A stretch of 64,000 bases of DNA from Epithemia pelagica. Lineage: Eukaryota; Protista; Bacillariophyta. The position numbers were made by a program, and so were the translations under genes. Under the pieces are notes generated by a model. That model was not told the DNA's origin and did not search any database. It worked only from the letters and a program-made list of their open reading frames with translations. The stretch lies in the NCBI GenBank assembly GCA_946965045.2, contig OX337230.1:620001-684000 (forward strand), read 5' to 3'. This document shows, piece by piece, positions 34,200 to 44,948 of this stretch. Numbering within the stretch: the first letter of the stretch is position 1; each line of letters starts with the position of its first letter.

Positions 34200-36137
34200 T
34201 TAAAACAAAACGTCTCCCGATGTTCCATTGTCATCCTCTTCTTCATCGTCCAATGCCATGAGATCATTTTCAATTGCTACCTTTTCGTGATAGAGTTTGG
34301 CCATGCGTGTTTTTGCCTGTTCTGCCATGTTGGTTTCGCGAATCGTTTGAAATCGAGCAATGTTCTTTTCGGCCTCCGACAATTGCTGACTCACCAACTC
34401 CAACTTGCGATCCAACTTTCCTCGCTTGATTTCGGCCGGACTCTTGCGCTTGGCGGCCATGAGAGCCGCCTTATAACGAGACTTTTTCTTCCCACTCGCC
34501 GCCACCTGTTGCTGAAGCTGGTCCTCTTCATCCTCTTCCAAATCGACCAATGCCACAAGTTCTTGCTCAATCTCCACCTTTTTGTTGTACAAGTCCACCA
34601 TTCGTGTCTTGGCTTGCGTGGCCATGTCGATATCGTCAATGCCATGGAAACGAGCAAAGTTCTGTTCCGCGTCCGTCAGCTGACTACTGATACGTTCGAG
34701 CTTACGTTCCAGTTTCGTCCGCTTCTTTTCTTCAGCGTTCCCACCAATGCTTATAGCGGCTGCCGCAAGGCGTTTCCGACTATTGCTAAGCAGACTCTGC
34801 TTTCCTCCTGAATTCTCCAATGCTCCAAGGTTGTCCAGCGCACCCAAAACCTTGCCCAGCGTTTCAGCAAGGTAGGCAGTGTTGTTGTTGCCCGCCGAGA
34901 GTGACGGAGCCTGTTTCTTGGAAGATTTGGGCTTTCCCATTGATTTTCGGGGTGTGCTTGAAGGAAAATGATCTCCCTCTTGAGAGTCCTTGTTCGCTCT
35001 CCACGGAAAGTTGAGCGCATCCAGTTTCTGGACACGTTCACTGGAGACGGGAGACAAGCGCCCTTCTTGCAATTTCTTGCCCAGCCAATACTTTTGATTA
35101 CGAGTCCAGTCATGCAATCGCTTACTGTCCGCGTCTTTTCGATCGGAAACTACCGTGGTTCCATTATCTTGATAGTACTTGGAGAGTCGTTCGTACATGA
35201 TATCCCACTTCATGCTGTTCACCGTTTTGTTTTTCTTGTTCCTTTCGTCCGTATCGTCGTCATTGGTAGTCGGGAATGCGTCGATCGCCGCCGTGGCACC
35301 AAGGGGATGAGAATGAGATGGTTCGTTGGTGGTCGTGATGGCGGAACCAGCCCAATCAAAGCCTATACTTGTAAGCCTCTGGATGCGCTCGACATAAATA
35401 TCCGCCATTTGATCTCCTTCTTCCTCTTTTCGTTTGGCTAGCAAGTAGCGTTGGTTGCGAACCCAATCCGCAAATCTCTTGAATTCCAGATTTCCATCGT
35501 TCTGGTACCGGACACGTGTGTGACCATACTCGTTGCGAAACTCTACCAATCGATTAAAGTACTCATCCCAACTGGCTCGTGCGGCCACGGCATGCTTCTC
35601 CTGACTATCTCTTGTCACACTAAAGCCATCGTCTTTAATGGTTTTAAACATTTGAGACTTCATGGGTGGTTTGAGAGTTTCGGCCATGAGGTTTTGAAGC
35701 AAGGGTTGCAAGGTGCGATAAATCTCAACCGTCTCCTCGAGGCCTCGATTTCGTGGAAAGGATTCCAAGTTACCATCGAGAGGGGTGTCGCAAATGGGAC
35801 AGAGCATGTAACTATTGGTGGAGATTGCTTGCGCCCAGGCGGATGACAAGCAATCACTGCAAAAGTTGTGCTGACAGGGGGAGACGCTCACTGGAGATTG
35901 ATAGAGTCTCTTGCAAATGAAGCAGGTCAGGGATCCTTCCAATTTGGCCAGAGCCGTCAAGGTCTGCTGATATCCGTTGGACATGGGAACACCGACACCG
36001 GGGCCAGGTTGTTGTTGTTGTTGCTGCTGTTGTTGGGGCGCTGCGTTATGATGATGCGTTTGCGATTCCGAAGCCGACGACAGCAAGGACAACCAGCCGC
36101 CGTCCGACACCTTGAAGTCTCCGTTTCCCAAACTCAT
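34200..36137 (-). CDS. RING-HC + two helicase-associated (HA) domains + duplicated C-terminal coiled-coil
   Basis: LTCFICKRLYQSPVSVSPCQHNFCSDC..CPIC; HA1 WDEYFNRLVEFRNEYGHTRV..WVRNQR..RIQRLTSIGFDW; HA2 WDIMYERL..WTRNQK..RVQKLDALNFPW. Confidence 0.85.
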   Translation of the reverse strand: MSLGNGDFKVSDGGWLSLLSSASESQTHHHNAAPQQQQQQQQQPGPGVGVPMSNGYQQTLTALAKLEGSLTCFICKRLYQSPVSVSPCQHNFCSDCLSSAWAQAISTNSYMLCPICDTPLDGNLESFPRNRGLEETVEIYRTLQPLLQNLMAETLKPPMKSQMFKTIKDDGFSVTRDSQEKHAVAARASWDEYFNRLVEFRNEYGHTRVRYQNDGNLEFKRFADWVRNQRYLLAKRKEEEGDQMADIYVERIQRLTSIGFDWAGSAITTTNEPSHSHPLGATAAIDAFPTTNDDDTDERNKKNKTVNSMKWDIMYERLSKYYQDNGTTVVSDRKDADSKRLHDWTRNQKYWLGKKLQEGRLSPVSSERVQKLDALNFPWRANKDSQEGDHFPSSTPRKSMGKPKSSKKQAPSLSAGNNNTAYLAETLGKVLGALDNLGALENSGGKQSLLSNSRKRLAAAAISIGGNAEEKKRTKLERKLERISSQLTDAEQNFARFHGIDDIDMATQAKTRMVDLYNKKVEIEQELVALVDLEEDEEDQLQQQVAASGKKKSRYKAALMAAKRKSPAEIKRGKLDRKLELVSQQLSEAEKNIARFQTIRETNMAEQAKTRMAKLYHEKVAIENDLMALDDEEEDDNGTSGDVLF

Positions 36138-37445
36138 GGTGGTGCTATTACTAATCCAGCGGACCGACTCCACCGCCGCTGCCAATTCCCTATACTATTT
36201 CATAATGAAGCCTTGTGGTGTGAGATGGTGACAAGAAGGATCCATAGAACTCGGAACCACAACCTGCTCCTCTTATCTAATCTATCATGACTTTTGCTTA
36301 CTTACCGCCGACTGATCAGCACAATGAAATGAATTCAGATTCAGCGGGCAAACGTCTGCTTGTTTGTGGAACGGTCGTAGAGTTGAATAGACGGACAGGA
36401 CGCTGCTTCTTTTTTCTGTTTTCGATTTGTGTAGTGCGTATGGTGTGTGTGTGTGGCGTGGGCTTGGAGGCTTGACTGCTGGTTAACCGATCAGATGGGA
36501 TCTTTCAACTGAAAATTCTCTTACTGACATCGGAAGCGCTAGCCACTATACGATAATTAGTACTCTGGAAGAAACGGACTAAGAAGCGTTCTCGTGACGA
36601 AGAGAACTTTTAGCTCAGACACCCAACAAGCGAATCTAAAAAGCACAGTTTCTAGCTTCTATCCTGGTAGGAGTCTCCTATCCATACTATATGGAAGGGA
36701 GATGGGAGTAGCTAGAGAGATAAAATTACAATCGATCTGAATGGACCTAGACACAACCCAATTCAAGTTGATCGTCTGTGAGACAATCTCCGTAAGGCTT
36801 ACAACGTGGTTCGATTTTGTTACAGGGGAACGGACCAAATTGCCGGCACCGTCAACGTTCGAGTGATCCATGGACATGCCTTAGAACTCAATGAAACCTC
36901 CTTTCATTGGACACAAATGACCTCAAAGGAGACAAATTTGCACTGCAAGAACATTCAAGTATACTAGGCCCCTCAGATCAAGCCCATCATCTTTGATGGA
37001 AATCCAATGATTCGGCTTGCATATTTGAGCTGGAGAGGACCTTTAGTCCCAACCCCTACTCGTAAGAGACGTATTGTCTGCTTACGACTGAACCATGCTG
37101 AAACTATTCGCCACTGCCACATTCTTCTCGAAGCGTTGTCTTTTCCAGAGTAGAACGATGCCTTATCTAGCCGCGCTGTGTGAGTTTGGACGGTTCCGCA
37201 GGCGTCACCACCTTGGATTTCTTAGTGCTGCTCCTGACACTTCTGGCTCCTCTTCGTGCTCCCCGAGGGTGGGGAGGTTGTCCTTTTTGTTGCGAGGGTA
37301 CCATGCCTGGTTGCAAAGATGCAGAAGTGGATTGCGCCGGTTGCGAAGCTCCTTTCGGACCTCCAGCACTGCGTTGCTGGGACGGATGAGGATGGTCTTG
37401 TGGTGGTTGTTGCTCTTGCATAGCATACGGAGTACCACCCCGAGC

Positions 37446-37566
37446 AGAACGATGCTTTGTCTTACCCCGACTAGAACGATGCTTTGTCTTAACCCCGACT
37501 AGAACGATGCTTTGTCTTAACCCCGACTAGAACGATGCTTTGTCTTAGTCTTACCCCCAGTAGAAC
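37446..37566. repeat. Minisatellite, ~4 copies of 27-28-bp unit AGAACGATGCTTTGTCTT(A)ACCCCGACT
   Basis: Adjacent near-identical units with no spacers; diverged single copy at ~37152. Confidence 0.95.
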
Positions 37567-39475
37567 AAGTTGGTAGATTCAGTTTGCCTCCTCGCTCCGC
37601 TTCGGCTAGAATAACTGGAAGGACGGCCGCATCCAACGCAGCGTATTCCAGTTGCTCAGCCGAAAGGGGGCGCTTTGTCCAGGACGAGAAACCATCATCT
37701 TCTTTGAATGCTCGGTCTTTGTCGAGCTGCATTTGTTCGTCGGAAAGCAGACTCACAAATTCCGCCAAACCTGGTATAGTTTCATCGTCCTTCCACAACT
37801 CCTGTAAATCCATTACTGGATTTGCTTTGCAGTTCAATTTGGTACCTAATACATTACCGAGTCCTTTTAAATCATTGTGAGGGTTGAATCCGAGGACAAG
37901 TTTCTCTTGAAACATTCGAACCATGAACTGACGACACCTTACTCGAAAGCTCTTGTTCTGAACGGCGACCAACATATCGATAACATAGGTTGATAGTTCT
38001 CGTTTCGAATCATTGCGGAATGCAATTTGGAGAATTGCCGACTGGCCTCGGCTCAAGAATTCAGTGTCAATCGCAACGAGCCTGGGTGTGTTCATAACAT
38101 GATCTTCTGCTTTCTGTAACAACTCCTCCGAGTCGATCAAAATTGGTGGCGTGATAGAAGAAATGAGTTTCTCATTGACTGCGAAATCCTTGGAAAATGT
38201 TAATCCCTGAACCGCATGCAGAGCTTTCTTCCATCTTTTCACACGGTCCTCCATGGACAATTTTCTGGAAAAGGACTCATCCAAGTCGGTGGTTGGAATC
38301 ACCCTACAATTCCAAGGCCGCGGTGGTCCATGCAACCACTTGGTGAATCTATAACGATTCGGCGACGAGATAATGTTGATGTTGGCCAATGGATCTTTGT
38401 TTGCCGACCGCGTTCTTGTGATTCGATATTGTAGCCGGCACAGCCGTACTGCCAACAGTCCTGGATTATCAAGCAGGCTCATACGGAGCTCTTGTTGGTT
38501 ACCAAGGAAGACAGAATCCAAAAGGAGGTCTATCTTTTTAGGAATATCCTTGATTGCCAGCACAAGTGGTAAACGAAATATGATAGATCGAACAGCCTCA
38601 CGATCTCCCTTAAAAACGTCCACCAGGTGGTCGGCCTTGGACCTTAGGTGATGGAAGGAGTGATCGTTCTTATTCATGACAGCATGCCACAATCGTCGAG
38701 GGTCATGTGGAAGGGCTGCCCATGCATGAAACTCGCTTTTGGTCATAAAAAACACATGGTAGTAGAACGCACAGGGATCTTTTCCGGCCTCTATCAGTAC
38801 TTCGGCTCGTTTTCGCAAAGCGGGAAGTCCCTCACGCAAAATACCGACAGATTCACGAAGGAAATCTTTGAGAGCATGTTCTTTGCCTGCAAACACTCTT
38901 TCCCTCAAGTACATGGATCCATCCCACCTGGAATCAAACGACGAAGGCGGAAACCTACGAATGACCGATCCGATGATTTCCCTGTCTCCATAGAAAGATT
39001 TCCGGAAGAACTCCACCCGACTTTCCACTGTCTTGCTTTCACCCCACATCGAGTAATGTTTGCCACCAAAATAACTCAAATACTGCCTCATAAGATAATC
39101 CGATTCAACGCCAAACTCATCACGAATCATTTGTATGGATTTGCGTACATCGGACTCGGTGGAGTTCAAAAGTTCCCAGTCTTTTGTTTCCCATGGCGAA
39201 AGTCCAACCTCACGTTCAAGGAACGATACCATGCGATTTTTAAGGCCTGTGTCCCTTTTAGTGTTGCCATCGAAAACGGACGATGAACTAAAACAACAAC
39301 CTTGTGAACATTGCCATTTTCTCTTGAATCGAGCCAAGGCGATGTTGTTCAAAGAACTTCGTTTTCGCGTCGGTACATCAGCCAGAAGCCACTGATAGAG
39401 AAGCCCCTCAAATATTGAAGAGACCCTATTGTTCCTGGTTCCATTTGCTCTACAGCCGATTCTTGCAGCAATCAT
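37517..39475 (-). CDS. mTERF-like helical repeats fused to a DEDDy 3'-5' exonuclease (Mut-7/EXD3/RNase D-like), paralogue 1
   Basis: Repeats SIIFRLPLVLAIKDIPKKIDLL, LLDNPGLLAVRL; ExoI VAIDTEF, ExoII HNDLK, ExoIII WTKRPLSAEQLEYAALDAAVL. Confidence 0.75.
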   Translation of the reverse strand: MIAARIGCRANGTRNNRVSSIFEGLLYQWLLADVPTRKRSSLNNIALARFKRKWQCSQGCCFSSSSVFDGNTKRDTGLKNRMVSFLEREVGLSPWETKDWELLNSTESDVRKSIQMIRDEFGVESDYLMRQYLSYFGGKHYSMWGESKTVESRVEFFRKSFYGDREIIGSVIRRFPPSSFDSRWDGSMYLRERVFAGKEHALKDFLRESVGILREGLPALRKRAEVLIEAGKDPCAFYYHVFFMTKSEFHAWAALPHDPRRLWHAVMNKNDHSFHHLRSKADHLVDVFKGDREAVRSIIFRLPLVLAIKDIPKKIDLLLDSVFLGNQQELRMSLLDNPGLLAVRLCRLQYRITRTRSANKDPLANINIISSPNRYRFTKWLHGPPRPWNCRVIPTTDLDESFSRKLSMEDRVKRWKKALHAVQGLTFSKDFAVNEKLISSITPPILIDSEELLQKAEDHVMNTPRLVAIDTEFLSRGQSAILQIAFRNDSKRELSTYVIDMLVAVQNKSFRVRCRQFMVRMFQEKLVLGFNPHNDLKGLGNVLGTKLNCKANPVMDLQELWKDDETIPGLAEFVSLLSDEQMQLDKDRAFKEDDGFSSWTKRPLSAEQLEYAALDAAVLPVILAEAERGGKLNLPTCSTGGKTKTKHRSSRG

Positions 39476-39681
39476 AATCCGTCATGGTTGGTTGTTCTGA
39501 ATGAAGATGAATCTTTCTCTTACTTTCTGTATCGCAGACGCACTGACTATAACACCGAGAGTACCACAATGAGCGAAAGAGAACATCACAACAAAATCTG
39601 GTGTGATTGGGCTACTCTCTACTCTGACTACATGCCTATCCAATAAAGGAAATCCTTTCGATAGAGTGGCGGAACGTAGTT

Positions 39682-41931
39682 TTAGATCTTCTTGAGAATA
39701 CCATTAATGGCATCAAAAAGCGACATCAATCTCTTGCGATCCTCAAGTATATAGAGCGTTTTGGGGAAGGAGGTAACCATTTCCACCAGTTCTTCCTCCG
39801 AGATACCAGGAGTACAACGAAGTATGCGCAGTTTTTCTCTCAGTTCTGATCCCGAATCCCTTTGTAACCTAGCCGCCGTTCCCATGATTGCCTTTGCGTC
39901 TGCGATTGTTACACCCAGTTCTTCAACGAGAATATTGTACTTGTCGGGCGTTCCTCCTTGCTCGGACTTCTCCTCCACAATTCCATCCTCCCTGGACTTT
40001 TCTGCCAGTATTACCAACAAGACGGCAGCATCCAAAGCTGCATACTCCAGCTGTGCGCTCGAAAGTGGACGCTTTTCCCACCCATGCGCTTGGGATCCCT
40101 TCCAGAGTTTGCGGCCATCTGACGAATACTTCTGAACACAGGAAGCCAAGCTTGGTTGTTCATTTCCCCACAGTTGCTGAACATCCAGCACATGCTCTGC
40201 ACGAGGTAGGAGATTGCTGCCGAGAACAGAATCTATAGCCTTTAAGTCGTTCCTTACAGCAAAACCCACAACCGTCTTGGCGAGAAACAGCTTCTCGATG
40301 AAGGTCCGACAAACCCTCCGAAAAACTTCATCGTGATCTGCTGCCATCAAATCTACAACAAAGGTCTCAAGTTCATCGCCATTGCGGGGTCTAAAGGAAA
40401 GTTGGAACACTGCCCCGCGATTGTTGCTTCGAAACTCAGTATCCAAAGCAACGAGGTCAGCCGAGGCAAAAACATCCTCCTCAAGAGAGAGCAAGCCTTC
40501 CACGGATTCAACCAATACGGGTGGAGATTTGAGACATATCCTCCCCGAGGAAAGTTCACTGAGACTATCTTTCACCGATAAACCAGAGACGGCGCGACAG
40601 GCATCGCGCCATGGTTCTGAATCAAGGTGTGCCTCATCTGACGCTTTTCCTATCGGGGAAAAGTCGGTGGAGAAGGAGGAAACGTGTCTTGTTGGTGCCA
40701 TCTGCCAAGTTTCGAACTCGTTTTTCTGCAAACGCACAACACAATCTAAACAGAACGACGGTTGTTGGCCTGCCTTCGTAATGGCCATAATGCGGGGCTT
40801 GACGTGATGCCTTAGAGAAAGCGTCAGAAGACGAGGGTACTGCTTGAGCGCGAGACGGAGTTTGATATTATCACCGTCGAAGATATCATTCAAGAGATAA
40901 TCACGTGTGGGTTTCAAGTGACGTTCGACAGATTTCGTGAGGACTGTAGGTACCCGGCGAACTATGGAGCACGATGTCTCTTTGTCTCCCCCAAACAGCT
41001 CGGTCAGAAAGTCGACCCTGTCTTGAAAAGACTCTTCACCGTCAAGTCCTTCAATTGTTACGTCGGGAGAGTCGGCTGACAACGTTTTTGCAAAATTAGC
41101 AATTCTCGGCCACTCTTCAAATGATTCATCCGACATGCTGAAAACATCGAGTAAATCTGACGAAACTTCGAGCCCATTCCTGGCCATTATTTCCACTCTT
41201 TTCTGTAATCGGCTAAATTCCCCAGAAGTACTCCTCAAAATCTTTGGGAACAGAACAATTACCGACCGAAGCATTGCCTGATTTCCTTCCAAACAATGTT
41301 GAGATACATATTCGATGACGTCACGCAAGTCTTTAGTTCGTATGGGTAGACTTTCTAGGATAATCCTTCGAATGGCATCTTTATTCCCACGAAATAACTC
41401 GGTCAAGAAATTAATCATGTCTTCAAATTTGTCGCAAGCGAGAACTTGAGCAAAGGTGGGAAACATTTTTCTTATCTCTTTTGTGGACAAGCCCGACGCT
41501 TCTCGAAGGAACTTCAGGCGCTTCTCTACATTGTCGTTTGTCATTGACACCAATCCTGAACTGTCTAATGAGCCTTCTGTAACAGTTCTGTCCAGTCCGA
41601 TTGTTTGGGTAAGGAAACGAGCCATTTTCTTTCGCTTTTTCACATTTGATGGTGCGGATTTGCTGCCTGTATTCATATTTCTGAAGTACGTCACAGCCCA
41701 ACTATGACAGATCACTGATGTAGTCCGACTTTGACAGAGCCGTGCATAGCGCTCGCATCTTGTTGGAAAACTGCAAAGACAAGCCACATTGCTTAGACCC
41801 CATATCGATCTAAAGTTTCCATTGCGGACAACAGCTGCCATCATCTCCTGAGATCTGAACCAACTCAGGTCGATGTGTGCAAGCGTGCGACGGAGGTTTT
41901 GAGGTGAAACGTCTGTACCTTCGTGCGTCAT
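39682..41931 (-). CDS. mTERF-like repeats + DEDDy 3'-5' exonuclease + short C-terminal mTERF-like repeat, paralogue 2 (start codon uncertain)
   Basis: mTERF-type PTVLTKSVERHLKPTRDYL and YPRLLTLSLRHHVKPR; ExoI VALDTEF, ExoII RNDLK, ExoIII WEKRPLSSAQLEYAALDAAVL. Confidence 0.8.
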   Translation of the reverse strand: MTHEGTDVSPQNLRRTLAHIDLSWFRSQEMMAAVVRNGNFRSIWGLSNVACLCSFPTRCERYARLCQSRTTSVICHSWAVTYFRNMNTGSKSAPSNVKKRKKMARFLTQTIGLDRTVTEGSLDSSGLVSMTNDNVEKRLKFLREASGLSTKEIRKMFPTFAQVLACDKFEDMINFLTELFRGNKDAIRRIILESLPIRTKDLRDVIEYVSQHCLEGNQAMLRSVIVLFPKILRSTSGEFSRLQKRVEIMARNGLEVSSDLLDVFSMSDESFEEWPRIANFAKTLSADSPDVTIEGLDGEESFQDRVDFLTELFGGDKETSCSIVRRVPTVLTKSVERHLKPTRDYLLNDIFDGDNIKLRLALKQYPRLLTLSLRHHVKPRIMAITKAGQQPSFCLDCVVRLQKNEFETWQMAPTRHVSSFSTDFSPIGKASDEAHLDSEPWRDACRAVSGLSVKDSLSELSSGRICLKSPPVLVESVEGLLSLEEDVFASADLVALDTEFRSNNRGAVFQLSFRPRNGDELETFVVDLMAADHDEVFRRVCRTFIEKLFLAKTVVGFAVRNDLKAIDSVLGSNLLPRAEHVLDVQQLWGNEQPSLASCVQKYSSDGRKLWKGSQAHGWEKRPLSSAQLEYAALDAAVLLVILAEKSREDGIVEEKSEQGGTPDKYNILVEELGVTIADAKAIMGTAARLQRDSGSELREKLRILRCTPGISEEELVEMVTSFPKTLYILEDRKRLMSLFDAINGILKKI

Positions 41932-44277
41932 ACATCTCCGGATAGCAGAGGCGTGCGCGGCGAAGTGTCAACCGCAGAGGTGGAGGATGAAACATCATCA
42001 TCATCTTCTTCTTCGCTACGACTGGTGTTTCGGCGCTGCCAAGGAAAGGAAGCACGGCAAATCGCCGTGAATTCGTCGTCCTCGTCGGGTGCGGCATAGG
42101 TTCCGTCATTGGTGCCACGACTGCGCTTCCGACGATCAAAGAAACGATACAATACCAATCCAATCACAATCGCAATGGATCCAGCAAAATCGGACAAACA
42201 AGGCGTTCCTGCCAGCGGCATAAAGGGTAAAAGAAAGGCAGCCGTTCCCACTATGAAAAGACACCGAAAGTGTGAGAGAGTGCAATCATGACACAAGCGT
42301 CGAAGCAACTTTACCCAGACGGCTCCGACCAACTTACAAGGTACCATGAGAGTGACAGCTAGAAAGAAGAGAGTTGTAGAGCCGTACTTGAGACAAAAGA
42401 GCATAAAGTACGAGTATCCCAAACAGGCTACCAAATGTAAATTGACCAACCAAAACGACATGGTTCCACAAAGGGCGTCGGGGTGGCATCCACTCTTGAC
42501 GGAGGGGCTACCAACCATGTAGCATTGCAGTCCGAACCACAAATTCTGTAGCACATGTTCAGGTTGAACTGTGGGCGTCGACACGAGACCACCGAGAAAG
42601 GCCAATGGAATGGAAAAGAACAATTGAAAGACGGCAATCCATCCATTGAGGTATATTGGATAATCTCTTCGAACCGCTTCAGTTCGTTCCATGGCCCATT
42701 CTTTGTATAGCGTAGAAACAATCATCGGAATGCAAGAGGCAATCAAAACAGTAGACCAAACAGAAGCAAGAATCTCCTCTTCTCTGGTTGCTTCTTCAAA
42801 GGGTAACCATTGACATAGACTGCCATCCGGAGTCGAGTCTGAGGGTCTCCATTCCTTCATACTGGGCCACAAAAGCCTTTCCAAGGATGCAGCATTGTTA
42901 TGAGTCTCTTTCATCCAGCCAATACCATTGTTGTCATCATCGTCCGTAGGGTCCGAGATGTGCGAAAGACAATTCTCTTCGTCAAATTCCAGTTTGCAAA
43001 TTGTACAATCATTGTCCACATTAATGGCTTCGCAATAGTAGGCCGGTGATAATCGATTGGCCCAATGGGGTCCCATGAGTACTACAATGCCCAAGGCAAC
43101 AACTGTCGCACCCACGTATTGCGTCCAACGATACGTGGTTTCCGGTTGCTGCTGCCGCCGCCGCCGCTGTCGTCGATTCAAGGAAACGACCAAACTCAGA
43201 GGCACCGCGGCTTGAGGCAGTAGAATGAGTAACGGGCCTGGCAAATAGACAGCGGCGTAGATTTGCATCGTGGTGGCAAGGGAATCCAAGGCGCCCATGA
43301 TCGCCAAGTCACGAACTCGAAGACTCTCTTTTTGCTGTTGTTGTTGTTGCTCATGCGGTGGTGAATCCACAGAGTCATGTTCCTCTCCTTCCGAGGTAGA
43401 AGGCAAATCACTCAACAAGGGAGTCCTCAAATCGTCTCGGTCTCCCTCTTCGTCACAAGCCAAAGGAGTCACTGGAGCTGGGCTTTGGACACTTCTCGTC
43501 CAGTCTGGTGAGCTATCCCTTGCCAACAAGGATGCTCTTGTCTCATCCTCGTCTCTTACGGTGCCATTGTGAGTATCCAACGTCAGATTGTTATCTGCAA
43601 TGCTGTTCTCCTCGTTGTTCTCCTCGTGTTGCTGCGACCCTTTGTTGCAACAGGCTGCTGGGAGAATGTAAGCAAAACAAATGGGAATGTAGATAATGTT
43701 GCAAAACAAGTTCAAAAAGTTTGGGTAATTGAACCTATATCGACCATCCAGGACACCGCCACCAACAACAAGAAAGATTGTAAACATCACAACCGTGGTT
43801 AGGGGTCAGGTTTGTCCAATCTTCACCGGAAAACTGCATTGGACACCATTCAATAACGTACATGGGGATGGCTTGGAGTTTGAGTGTGACGGCATTTAAA
43901 GAGCCAAACACAATCAGTCCCAGAAAGCTCAATAGCACTCGAATATCGCAGACCGACACGGGCTGCGGCCGTGCCGAGGCTTGTGGTTGTCCCGCAGCAC
44001 TCCTGCCGCTGGCGAGTGATAAAGGAGGAGGGCTATCCGAAGTGTCTCCTCGTGCCATGGTCAATGCCGTGGCTGGTGGCTCGGTTTGTACCACCACTTC
44101 GTATTCGAGAGCCGGATGTACTGGAATGTCGGGTTCGTCATGTTCCACCACAACCACCGGCTGCGGCTCTTCCTCCTCCTCCTGGGTAAGACAATCGGTC
44201 AATAGACCATGAAAGGAATGTCGCTCGTCCGAATCTCGACCCTGCAGCAACTGAAAGCCTCGTCGTGGTTCAATCAT
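41928..44277 (-). CDS. CRT-like (chloroquine-resistance-transporter family, DMT superfamily) transporter; introns 43861-43735 and 42337-42251
   Basis: FGSLNAVTLKLQAIP|MFNYPNFLN after splicing; MGALDSLATTMQIYAAVYLPGPLLILLPQAAVPLSL; SCIPMIVSTLYKE; YLNGWIAVFQ. Confidence 0.85.
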
Positions 44278-44948
44278 TGCTTCAAGACAGAATGAACATA
44301 GGTGGGAACGTATAGAGTGTCTCTCTCTTTTGTTTGTTGTTGTATTGTGTTGGGCTATCAGGCCTCAGACGCAATCGCCGTCACTCGAAGAACAACTTTG
44401 AGCCTGATTGTTGTTCTGGTTCCATTCGTAAGCGACCGTGACGATGGTGGGGCTGGGCGCTTTCGGTGTGGGTTGTGGGTGTGGGGCGCGACCCCTCTTT
44501 GTTCGGAACAATGAAATTTCACTATAACCCAAACTGTACTGTCCGAAGCACTGCGGGTTTGAAGAAAAAGGGGCAGAATTTTGGTGGGGGGCGCAGAACT
44601 CGAGAACTCAATAATTATTGAGGAATGATGTGTCACAGAGGTTCAGAATGAGACAGAATGCCTTTAAATAAATCCATGTCCCATGTCACCAGAATTCTCC
44701 CAACGGAGGGGTTCTCATTCCTACGTAGACTACGAACTCGTACTCCGCTGTTCTACCTAGAAAATCGAAACTATTCCTCTAGTTGACAATGAGGAAATCA
44801 AAATTCATGTGGTCAAATGGCGGCTCCGCTCATGCCCTTGTCTTTAGGGAGGTATAAATGCCAGTCTTTTAGTAAGCGTTAACCGTGTTTTTTCCGGGAT
44901 ATTTCATGGAATAGCTGCTCATGGATAACGTCGTGTCCATAAATGTCG

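Noticed and set aside
37446-37566. CRISPR-like array of 28-bp repeats
   Set aside because: Units are directly adjacent with no unique spacers, there are no cas genes, and the context is eukaryotic; it is a minisatellite.
41928-41931. ATGA stop/start overlap between the CRT-like gene and the mTERF-exonuclease ORF, suggesting operon-like coupling
   Set aside because: The upstream gene is spliced, and downstream in-frame Mets are more plausible starts, so this is probably chance. It does imply very little room for a promoter.
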